Assembly (NCBI GenBank): GCA_030141605.1
Contig: JAQGDQ010001074.1
Location: 1-64,000, forward strand
Length of the DNA: 64,000 bases
Source: Tubiluchus corallicola
Taxonomy: Eukaryota; Animalia; Priapulida
Reading direction: 5' to 3'
The translations under genes were made by a program, and so were the position numbers. The notes below the pieces were generated by a model. That model was not told the origin of the DNA. It saw only the letters and a list, made by a program, of their open reading frames with translations, and did not search any database. Shown one piece after another: positions 53,078-64,000 of the stretch (its first letter is position 1; every line of letters starts with the position of its first letter).

Positions 53078-54550
53078 CAAAGAAAGCTTACTACGTTGTG
53101 TTAACCAATTAGACCAAATTGGAATCGGGCAGAATGAAATCGGACAGAATAACATTACTGGGTCCTATAGCAGGCCAAGTGTGTCGTTCAGCGTTACTAT
53201 ACAGATAAATATATAGATTTCTAAATTAAACTATATTTTAAAAATTTACAGAATAAAAATTTCTGTGGAAGAGGAAGCAATGACCAGTAGTTACCAGGCT
53301 ATAACGTGTTTCATGATTTAACTGAAATCTTCGCATGACGTCCCAATATCAAAGATGTTAGTTAGCTCTAGTGGTTATTTCAATTAAGACTAGCTATGGG
53401 CGTCACTTCTACTGATATTCTAACCAACTTTGCTGAGGGGGTTCATGATTGTTGGGGTCTAGGAACAAAATTGTCTCTTGTATATAAGTTATTTGTCATA
53501 GTTAGAATGGAAGTAAAGTTTGGTCTAGTCTGCTAAGATTGTCTATCATACGACATTTTTCTAAAAAAATCTCTTTAAAAACCTCTAAGAGCATTTTTAT
53601 CACCTAATGTATACTGCAATTTTCTGCAGACTAAAACTATCAGAGCATAGTGTTTGTCGAGGTCTGTGACATACTATTTATTGTTAATTGATCAAAACAG
53701 GTAGTATTTACTATAACTTCGCATTTATGGGGGCGTGTACAGGTTATTATCTAAAATAGGCCTATTAAATTTATTTAGCAAATATGTTAAAATTATTGTG
53801 TTAATACAGTGTACAATATTTTGCGCTTTGTGCTACAACATCAATATTACACATAATAATATATTATAATTTACACATAACAATTGTTATCCTGTTGTGT
53901 TTATTATTTTTGTGGGATTGTACGACTGCTGTACAAATAAGATGTTAATTGTTAAACGTCTATTTGAATTTGAATTTTTAGTAGTTCGATTCGTTGGCTG
54001 TTCCTTATCTAAGCTTAGATGAGGAACAAAAATAGATTCTAGTTGCAAAAGAAAAGACAATATGCAATGCACAATTTCCTGAATGAAATTATGAATAATA
54101 AATAACGAATAAAATTCATAGCCCTAATGAATAATGAATTAAAGATTAGTTCCACGTGGCCGTGTTGGCAACAGGTGTCGTACATCTGATACAGTGCATT
54201 ATCACACAAAGCAAATTGACGTTTCAATAAGCGCGCTATATTACACTACTTTTATTTTGTGATTCCACTGTGTGGATTTTGTTGTCATTTTTTTACTTAA
54301 TCCGTTTGCGTTTGTTCACACAAAGTCGCATTTTGAAATTATTCAGATAACTCTAACAAATTGCAAGACATGTCACTGGCAGAAGAAGTTCTAACATCAT
54401 TGTACCTGTAAACCTTAGAATAAATTTCCAAAACTTTGAGAATAGCTGCATAAAGCAAAACCGAACAAAAATATTAGGTATCACGCATTCTAAGTGAATA
54501 CTTTCTGAGCACGTTTGCCAACGTAGTAATTGTCATTGAAACATCAGATA

Positions 54551-54936
54551 ATGAATCTAATGAAGAACCACTTTATGACGATGATGCAGAGACATTGCTC
54601 TTACCTTGGGATAGTGTTTCTAACAATTGTCATCGAAAATAGTTATGGTCATGGTGGTAAACCCAAGTTTAATAGCTTCATGTTTTTCCTTCCTGCTCAT
54701 GAGGAGATGTGTTTCTACGAGGATTTTAAATTACCACGAACATACATCTTGGAATTTAAGGTCAGAATTTATAATGTTATTTTCGAAATTGCGATAATGG
54801 TGCACTGCTAATAATTGATGATGACCATGATGACGACGATGATGACGATAACGATGACATTGATGACGACGACGACGATGGTGATGACGATGATGACGAT
54901 TATGATAATGATGACGATGATGCTGATGATGATGCC

Positions 54937-54982
<46 letters not shown>

Positions 54983-57295
54983 GCGACGACACGATAACGG
55001 AGATAAATAGTTACACATAATAACAATAATGGTTGTATGCTGACAATGCATGTATATACCTTGAAGATAACCACAACTATGAGAAGGATTATCATGACGA
55101 TAATAACATTGGTAGTAATGAGTGTAACACTGCACAATGCGGATCACATTCGGGCCGAGTTATGTGTAGATGAAAGAGGAGACAGAGAACACTCTCAGGG
55201 TAAAGGAGATGGAAAGGGAAGGCATTGAACAGAAGTAAATGGATGAAGTTACTGAAGCAAACGTAATAATAAACGTAATAAGCAAAAGTAATGATAAGTA
55301 TTATAATGGTAATTAGACTTAAGTAAGTAAGTAAGTAAAGTAAGTAAATAATTTATTTGTCTCAAATAATTTTTACAAAATGAAAATAAGCAAAAGCAAA
55401 AAACTATAATAAAGATGGAAAACAGACGGCATGGCGAAAAGACCAACGGTCATCAGGTGAGCAACCCCTACCCAAATTTTAAAAAAAAATTAAGTGACCT
55501 GTCAAGTGGGTACGTACAAATGAATAATAATCAGTAACTTGGTAAACATTGAGACAACAAATTGCAATGATTTTGAATTTAGAAACAGTAAATACATAAG
55601 GCAGATGAGATGAGATAAACTTTAAATTAGCAAACAAAACCAATTTTAAATTTGAATCATGAGACTAAATCCAACTCAACAAAAACAAAACTAAAAATTG
55701 AATATAAATCAAGAAACTCAATCCAACAGTTGAGCCAAAGAAGAAAAATGAAGGAATGTCAAACCATGAAAATTGTAAATCATCACCAAGTCAAGCACCC
55801 CTATCTTTATTAGAGGCAATTATATGACCTGACAAAGTATAAACAAGGAAATAATAATCAACATTTTGAAAATAAGAAGAAAAATAAGATGATAACTAGG
55901 GAAAAATTAACATAATGAATTTAAACGAGTTCATAATTTAAGTGGCAATAATAAATATGGCAAATGGGATGAAACAATATTTAAATTAACAAATAAAACA
56001 AAAATTTGAATTTAACAAAAGAGACGGAATCTGTAGGAATAACCAAAGAAAAAACTGTAGCAATATCAAACTATGAAAATTGTAAATTCGTTAAACTAAC
56101 TATAACTCCGGTAAAAATAAAGAAAACGGATCAGTGATCAAACAATAAGAATTCTGCTGATTTTTTTCAGACTATGTGAACCCACAGTGGAATTTAGATG
56201 AATTACGACTTGAAAAGACAATTTAATTTGTTACTAGTCGCTGCTCTTATGTAACATTTGTGATGACGAAGGGAAACAATATAGCGTCCTAAACGACTAT
56301 TTAGTATCCAGTGAAGGTCAGGTATCAGGGACTTGTAATTCTTGATAATATTAAAGCCTACTGCATCATCAGCGCAATAATTGCCGCAACTGATCATGAT
56401 CTGTTAACGCCATTTGAGGTAAACCTAATTATCTTCAGCTGACTGAAAGACGCATTAACAATCAAAAAGAATCGACGACGCATTAACAATCAATCCAAAC
56501 CAAAAATGCTTATTGCGAGTTTAGGTGACAGTAGCAACATAGCCCTATATAGTGACAACAACATATATACTGTTGTTCGCCGATCGTCTTACTACCCGTG
56601 AATGGCAGAATAAACTGAAACAACTTTATAACTGAGCTACATTTTTCATAGCGTTTAACCCAGAAGCAAATTGCAAATGATTCCTTTGGTTTGACTTCGT
56701 CAGTATCACGTCAGCATAATGTAATGCTCTCTAAAAAGCATTTAATTTTCAGGTTGTACATGGTGGCGAGTATGACGTTGACATGGTTCTAAAATCGCCA
56801 AAGGGAACAATCATGTACGAAAGGGAGGATGCACATGCTGGAAGGCATCAGTTCGAATCAGGTGTAGGCGTGCACTCATTTTGTTTCCGGAATGAATTCG
56901 CCAAGGTTGCTGACAAGAAAATTTTCTTACGTTTGTCAGGCGCTGTCCATCCATCTCTGGACGAAGAAGCAGGAACGGGACCAAGAGTTCACACACGTAT
57001 GGAGTCTAGCGTCGAAGATATTCACCAACAGATGGAACTCATGCAGCAACTTCAAAGAGATTATATGTTAACAGAAGCAGTAGACCGCAGTTTTGCTGAG
57101 GATCTGAGGGAAAGAGTTATGCTTTGGTCAGCATGTCAAGCTGCTGTTGTTTTGGTCATCATGGTTGTCCAGACATTGGTACTTAAGCACTTTTTCACTC
57201 CACGCAGGAAAAAGAATGAAATCGCAAATGTGCTTAAAACCGACGTGTCATTGTGTAACCAGGAGCTCTGTATTAATGATATTGACGGAATTTAG
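54551..57295 (+). CDS. p24/emp24/gp25L (TMED) family cargo receptor, TMED3/7-like
   Basis: Exons 54551-54760 (start ATG uncertain; several lie in frame) and 56753-57295. GOLD motifs FFLPAHEEMCFYE, EFKVVHGGEYDVD, SPKG, HSFCFRNEF; coiled coil; AEDLRERVMLWS; TM; cytosolic FF motif (LKHFF). Confidence 0.9.
54817..54992. repeat. (GAT/GAC)n trinucleotide repeat
   Basis: Intronic triplet repeat that yields poly-M, poly-H and poly-I ORFs. Confidence 0.94.
55455..56090. repeat. Old diverged tandem duplication (~330-bp units) in the TMED intron
   Basis: Paired motifs CCCCTA...TGACCTG, TTTAAATTA(G/A)CAAA and TCAAAC(C/T)ATGAAAATTGTAAAT each occur twice in the same order. Confidence 0.5.
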
Positions 57296-57719
57296 TACCA
57301 AAAATGCACATCACTATTACTGAGTGCTGGCTTCAATATTAATAATGAACTTAAAAATCCATTTTCAAGTTGCATGTTTTAATAAAATTATAGAACTACT
57401 TGCCTTTATCGAATATATTTGGAGACGTCCAGATTATGAAGTATTCTACGTTTCTCCAATATGATGTAAGAGAACTTCGATAAACTTGCGAATAATAACA
57501 TCAGAGAACACCTTTTTAACTGTATCATTACACTACTATGTGCAAGAGTTATGTGTTAAACCCAGCGTCTGAAGTTCAAATCCCGACTTAGAACTTTTTC
57601 TGTTTTCAGTAAATAAACACGCAAATTAAAGGTGTCTTTGACTCACAAATTGCATGATATTTAATTTATGTTTCCTCTTTGCGAACTCCACTCACACATT
57701 GACTAACTAGCCAAGCTTG

Positions 57720-58205
57720 CTTTCGTCTGCGAAACTGCTGTTTTGGTTGTCATGGTTATGTAGACAATAGTACATTACCCCTTTTTCACTCCACACAGAA
57801 AAAGATTCAAATACGCACGGTGGCTTTAGTTACCTATGCAGTCTATACAAACTAATATTGAATAATGAATAATATATCAGTACTATTAATGAACCTTAAA
57901 TCAGTTTTCAAGCAATACGTTTTAATAAAATTGTTGGGACCACTTTTTTTATTGGACAGATTAGGAAAAGTTCGGATATGAAGTATCCGAAGGTTCTCCA
58001 CTGTGACATACAAGTGCTTAAGTAAAGCAACGTATAAAACCGAGAACACTTTTTCAATTGCATCAGTAAGCTACTGCGGGTAAGAGTTTTGTGTTTGTTA
58101 CACCCTGCTTCACTTGTACATTAAAGCCATTATCTTAAGTTTATCACAATAGACCTCTTTGGCTTTTTTGTTGACTTTGTCAGTAAATAAGCGCCTAAAT
58201 TTAAT
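57720..58205 (+). pseudogene. Decayed partial duplicate of the TMED TM/tail coding end and 3' UTR
   Basis: CTGCTGTTTTGGTTGTCATGGTTATGTAGACA...TTTTTCACTCCACACAGAAAAAGA aligns to 57140-57220, now with a stop. Downstream blocks match the 57340-57630 UTR. Confidence 0.75.
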
Positions 58206-58522
58206 ATCTCGGGACACTAACATTTTTATTTTGGACGATGTTTAATTTTTTTCAATGTTACCATTTGAAAATCAAACTAATTTTATGGATGCCATATAAA
58301 TTAGCCCGCCTGTTGCTAATTGTTTATGTATGTACTACGCAAGAAAGATTTCATCCTTTGTATATAATTAATAAGACGTATCCAAGGAATTTACCGACCT
58401 CATTCATGTTTAATTAGGTTGTCTTAGCTGTGCTTCCAGCCTATTAATCTAATTAAGTAACAAGAATTAAGGCTATTGTTAGGATGGAAGAAGATTTAGT
58501 GTGAAATCATGTGTTTGCAGCA

Positions 58523-61500
58523 ATGAACCTAAATTTTTATACAGAAATACATCGTCTAAAACAGCCATCTACAGGTCGCCTTAAGCTACCTGGTGAAACA
58601 TTCGCTGATGGGAGCGAGATTCCACAACGTCAACCCAGTGCGCCCCCACTTGAGCCGAACGACGAACAAAACGCAACGCTAAACTCACGCTTCGTTCTCC
58701 ATTCTCACACCAATCAACCAGTTACTGTCGCGCCCCAATATGGTACCCGTTACACCCCAACACCCATTGTGGTACAAACCATGTCTCACCATCAACCATC
58801 CTATTATGGGAATTATTATGGGGCGACAGCTGATGGACAAAATCGTAGAGGCGGTCAACCTGATGGCGTGCCAGCAGCCTCTATTCCACCACCAGCTCGC
58901 TACGGTAACACATGCTTGTAAATTTTCATACCTTTTTTACTTAAAAGTCTTGCTATTTCTTTATACATGTATTTAATGTAAGACCTCTGGTTCTCAAGAA
59001 CTGTACATAATTACAGCCTAAGCAGGAGGCAAATGCCTCAGCAGATACAAAAAAGTATAAATAAGTGAGTCTCCGTTCAGGGTTAGAATCCCACATTTTA
59101 ACACGACATGTTTTAACAAAGCCCAATTTTGACCGCCAAACTTGCTCCATGCAGCCATTTAGGTCATTTAGCCACAAGTCACTAGTCGTGTTGCAACTTG
59201 CTTACAATAATAAATTATAAGTGCTAGGCCGGCATACTATTAATTTATAAGAAAGATAAAATGATAATGATACGTCAAGCATGACACACAAGTCACACAA
59301 GTGCTGATATTATAGCTATTGTTATATTTTATGAAATGTTGTACTCGCCAAAATTACAGGCCTAATAATTTATGGTGATGTTGAATGGATCCATTTTAGT
59401 TTCGTATTATTTTAGCAATAAAACATTACCAAAAGACTCAACATTTTGGAACTAGCAAGAGCCTAGTATGAACGCAAGAATGCCATCAACTAATACTACT
59501 ATGCGACGTAATATGAATCATGTATAGCAGTTTTTTACATTTGCAGAAAATCCACCCGAACCAAAAGCAGCAAAAGAAGTTTATCGAAAACCGGCAATAA
59601 CTAAACAGGTAAATGGAATTACATATTTGTGTGTATGTCTATTATTCATTTCGTCATCACTCATCTCTTCACAGAATGCAGTGGTAGTGAGTGACAACAG
59701 GATCTTAAGATCGAGGAGACGACATATGGAATGTTATAGCTACCTCGTCCCTTATTGGGGGAAGGGGGAGAACATAATACATGAGAATTTTTGTATCAAT
59801 TCGAAGTTTTCTAAGCTGTATTCTGTGTTGCATATATTTTTGTGTAAGTTTTCTTTTTTATTATAACACCTTTCCTGAATTTCTTATTTCTTTTTAAGGA
59901 AGTATATTTAATAATCAATGGATTTGTTAACATTTCAGCCCAGAAAAGCTGAAGTAAAACAAGAAATGGATCCTCAATCATGGCTTGGTTTGTCGATTTG
60001 TTTGTCGATCGTCACACTGTTCTTCTCAATTTGCTTGCTCCCACTCAGCATAGGAGCAATCGTTTTGTCATGCAAAGTAAGACATTATTACTAGAACGTA
60101 AGCTGACGCACATTGTAAACTAAATAAATATGGCCAGAATAAATATCATCGCGTACACGGCGCCATCGGTTAACAAAAATGTAAGGTATTTTTGATCAAG
60201 TACATGCTGCTAAAACAATGCAAGGTATTAAAGAGAAAAGCTGATCTCTAGCTTAACCCTGGCCGATAGCTAAATGGATCACATAAAATATCGTATATCA
60301 TATAAAAAGTTTTTCTAAGAAGTCTGCCCCAATGACCAATGACAATGCAGTATGACATCAATGACAATTGATGATACAAGGCTGTATAGGTCGCTTATTA
60401 CCGCGTGAGGTCTATAGTCGAGGCTCGATTTAAATAGCTATTCGTCTGGATGTTGTTCTTGTTGTTTTTAGGGGGAGCCTTTTTGAAAAGCGTTAAGGCT
60501 CCATGGATAGACAGCAATAGACAATCACAAAACTTAACCCGTGTATACTATAACGAATTCTGTACCAACTCGTAGATTTCCTATCTGGCATCTTTAATGC
60601 AAGATGGCGACAATAAAATTACTTATAGAAAAGCTCCATGCTCTGCCACTTTGTAATAGATCTTTACGAAACTTTTGCGAATATACTAGAACGCATTTCG
60701 CATCAATCGACGGAATTGGAGTTTTGATTCCCCGTTTTGAATTCAAGGCTATAGCAAAAATGTCATTTTTTGAAAATACCTAAGGCTCCGCCGATTCGCA
60801 ATGCATCATCAGGAAACTTTGCAGAAATATATACCGGAAAAAATTTCGCATCGATTGACGAGTCGGATTTTTGACCCGCAATTTTGAATTCAAAGTGGCG
60901 GCGATAGCGTCGTTTTTAAAAAATCGTAAAGCTCCGCAATTCGTGGCAGAGAAGCTTGTCAGGAAGCTTTATAGGTTTATACTCGAACCAATCCCGCATC
61001 AACATCAAGATGATTTCAAGATGGCGGTGACAACGTCAAATTCCAAAAAAGCCCAAGCCTGAGCCAATTCGCAACTGATCGTCACGAAACTTTACAAAAA
61101 TATAGTACAACAAATTCAGCATTAATCGACTGATTCGGATTTCTCATTTGCTATCTTTAATTCAAGTTCCCGGCATGACATCGCTTTCTGATCCACGATT
61201 TTGAGTTCAGCGAGTCCTCCTGCCAGACGTTCGATTCGAACTTGACAGTCTATCGGCTATTTCTCAAGTTGAACTAAGAAGTCAGAAATAACCCAAACCA
61301 GCACTCGAAACTTTGAAACACTTTTGTTCTTGGTGGGGATTGCCGGTCATTTATAAAAAGTAGTGATGAAGCTAATGACAGGCCGGTTGCGTAATAACTA
61401 CATTTCAATTAACCGATGCCACCACTGTGGCAACATTTCGTCAAAAATCTAAGCAATTTTTGTACATGCAAAGTTCTCTCCAGCCAGAAAACACAAAATA

Positions 61501-62659
61501 TTCTGGTAAACATTAGCGATACGTTCACTTTTTGTTTACTTTGAAAACCAAACGTTCACTGACTCCTTTCGTTACTTAAACTTATAAAACGCTTCCTGAT
61601 TTGATTTTATTTTATTTCAGATACCGATTAAAAAATACTATATGATGATTTTAGATGCTTTTGTGAAGCATCTTTGAATATGTACTATATTTTTGTAAAG
61701 TTTCGTGACGATCAGTTGCGAATTGGCTCAGGCTTGGGCTTTTTTGGAATTTGACGTTGTCACCGCCATCTTGAAATCATCTTGATGTTGATGCGGGATT
61801 GGTTCGAGTATAAACCTATAAAGCTTCCTGACAAGCTTCTCTGCCACGAATTGCGGAGCTTTACGATTTTTTAAAAACGACGCTATCGCCGCCACTTTGA
61901 ATTCAAAATTGCGGGTCAAAAATCCAACTCGTCAGTCGATGCGAAATTTCTTCCGGTATAATTGTGTCATGTTGTCTATAGATTTTGACACAAAACAAAA
62001 TAATAATTCTATAATAATAATAATAATAAAGTTGCTGTTTTATGTGCATTACAGTCATCTATGAGAAATATAATAATAATAATAATAATTATTATTATTA
62101 TTGACTGTAAAGATGACTGTAAAGCACATAAAACAGCAACCCAGTGCTGCGGCTTTGTTTTGTTTATGGAAATTACGTTGCTAGAGTACTGTGATTATGA
62201 GTATAGGGTTAAAAATTGATAAGAATAGAATACCCTCCTACAGAGGACATTAGCTAAGACATCAAAGAAAAGTTAGTTTTGGTAGTGTACATTGTCACAA
62301 CTTGCATGGACTGTCAGATAAACAACTGTATCTGATAGCCATTGGGGCTGCGTAGACATAAACAATGTTTTGACCTATGTCTTTGTTGATTAAGCTTAAT
62401 TACATTATAAAGGTACAAAAATCCAATAAGTGTGCTTTCTTTGCTTTAGGTTCTGGAAGAAAAACGCAGAGGTAATAGAAAAGCAGCGAGTGACGCATCA
62501 GAGGGCGCATTTTATTTGAATCTCTGGGTAATGGGTATAACTGTTGGCACTGTGGTTATTGCAGGAATAGTATTTGGTTGGTTCATTTTCGCCAAGTGTT
62601 ATGTTACGAGAACTGGGATAAAAGTATGTCGAGCGCTACATTTTCCCAGTGCTTATTAA
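58523..62659 (+). CDS. CD225/dispanin family (IFITM/PRRT-like) membrane protein with Pro-rich N-terminus (~263 aa)
   Basis: Phase-consistent exons 58523-58904 (start uncertain), 59547-59608, 59939-60076, 62450-62659. CD225 signature DPQSWLGLSICLSIVTLFFSICLLPLSIGAIVLSCK|VLEEKRRGNRKAASDASEGAFYLNLWVMGI followed by a TM helix. Confidence 0.82.
60410..61205. mobile_element. Non-autonomous element with a degenerate ~135-bp internal tandem array (Helentron/pearl-like, tentative)
   Basis: The unit AAAGCTCC...GAAACTTT...AATATA...TTCGCATCAATCGAC...GGATTT...TTGAATTCAAG(ATGGCG) recurs about five times. Confidence 0.5.
60830..61960. repeat. Near-perfect 280-bp inverted repeat with a 571-bp spacer
   Basis: 60830-61109 is the reverse complement of 61681-61960 with few mismatches; identical 63-aa ORFs appear on opposite strands. 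Confidence 0.95.
62031..62140. repeat. Short hairpin/palindrome
   Basis: GTTGCTGTTTTATGTGCATTACAGTCATCT pairs with AGATGACTGTAAAGCACATAAAACAGCAAC (1 mismatch) around an (AAT)n/(ATT)n core. Confidence 0.85.
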
Positions 62660-63461
62660 AATGGACCCAACATACTTATCAAGAATTTTTTGCTCCCAAT
62701 GAAGTGGACCGAAATTTTACATGATGCTAAAAAGCAGCTAAAGTTTTAATTAAGTTGAAAGTGACTATTGTCATGCTCCAAATGTTACTATAATACAGCA
62801 AATGTATTCACATTCAAATTTGTCTAGTTTATTACCTAGTAATATACATTTAATTTTAGTGATTTTGTGGTTTCTTTAGGTAGCAACCGATTCTTATCAA
62901 ATCGGGCACATAACATTTCAATAAAAACATGCAATAAATAACTATCAACTAACTATAAAAGAGAATCTGAAAAGTTTTGTTCTTCCTCTAAGATTTGAAC
63001 ACAGGTCTTTTGCATTACAGATAATTTTGTTAGTCATTATGTATAAAACAAAGAAACTTCACTTTTTTGGAATCAATAGAGGTTTAGAAGCATTTGAGCT
63101 TAACACGTCGTAAATACAAAATAAATAACAAATTTAATAACTCTTAAAAATACATCTTTATTAAACATGATGCATGCTAGTAGGGTTAATACTGATTTAC
63201 ATAATTACACTTACAAAAGTAAGAAGAACCTTATGGAAGCCACATGATTTTGCTTTACTAATAAAAATTATCTAAAACTCCTAGGATTAATTTTTAATCA
63301 AAAAAAACTTTAGGATCTCGTGATATCAAAAATGTTATCAAGGCATCAAAAGCACTATATCTTAGGACAAAGAGCTTTTGTTTTTTATCAGAATAAATAT
63401 TGAAACTACAAGGCAGTACAACAACAAGATTTATGATCGTTACAAAAATACTGGCTTACAT

Positions 63462-63669
63462 CTATAGGATATCAGCATTATCGTGCAACATATGAGCAGC
63501 AGACTGTATACTGTGTATAACAGATGCTACATATTTGCCCAGGTCTGTTCTTAATTTTTCAACCGTGTCCTGGTCACTGGCATTTGCAATTTCGTAAAGG
63601 AGATCGACGACACCCGGAAAGCGTGAGCCAGAGTAGGTGTCATGAGCGCTTGGTGCATATATCAGGTGC
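63462..63669 (-). CDS. Last coding exon of a glutamate carboxypeptidase II / NAALADase-like M28 peptidase; gene continues beyond the window
   Basis: Minus-strand acceptor ttttttctgcag, then (R)HLIYAPSAHDTYSGSRFPGVVDLLYEI...SIQSAAHML, matching the TfR-like dimerisation domain motif RHxIYAPSxxNxYxGxxFPG. Confidence 0.88.
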
Positions 63670-64000
63670 CTGCAGAAAAAAAACCCTAAAAAGACTAAAA
63701 ATTTGGACTGAAATTTCATTTTTATCACTGTTAATTAAGTTTCTGAATTGATGTTTGGTCCATAAATATTTCACTAAGGATTTTTCTTAATTTAAGTTCA
63801 CTTTCTAGATAAAAAAGGAAATGACAAAAATCCAGATGCAAATTAATTCTGACAGCATTCTTATAAACATCCTGAGTACGAAGTCTGCCCTTTTTAACCA
63901 CTTAAAGTCAAACAATCTCAGCAAACTGACAGCATGACCGGGTGACTATGATCAGTGTGAATAGACTATAAAATGTTACTTCTGAGGTCAAGTTAAATTT

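Noticed and set aside
60480-61170. Regularly spaced repeats that could suggest a CRISPR array
   Set aside because: Whole units are degenerate copies with no unique spacers, there are no cas genes, and the context is a eukaryotic intron.
60871-61919. Identical 63-aa ORFs on opposite strands
   Set aside because: By-product of the inverted repeat; TTG start and no recognisable domain.

Overview
AT-rich eukaryotic (invertebrate animal-like) genomic DNA with spliced genes and many decayed transposons; no prokaryotic features. Gene models built by hand from GT-AG boundaries and reading phase: (1) the last two coding exons of a globin X-like gene (4419-7290, +); (2,3) a tandem pair of five-exon type II membrane TNF-superfamily (Eiger/EDA-like) ligand genes (13381-17501 and 22832-35876, +), the first carrying a 1-nt frameshift in exon 1 that an upstream in-frame GT donor could bypass; (4) a seven-exon, ~232-aa secreted protein with a lone ZP-N domain plus one EGF/EB-like module (38316-53077, +); (5) a p24/TMED (gamma-like) gene (54551-57295, +) followed by a decayed copy of its 3' end; (6) a CD225/dispanin gene with a Pro-rich N-terminus (58523-62659, +); (7) the last exon of a glutamate carboxypeptidase II/NAALAD-like gene (63462-63669, -). 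Introns and intergenic DNA hold LINE fragments, Harbinger-like and TA-flanked MITEs, microsatellites, and recent direct and inverted duplications. All protein family calls come from motif recognition, not database searches.
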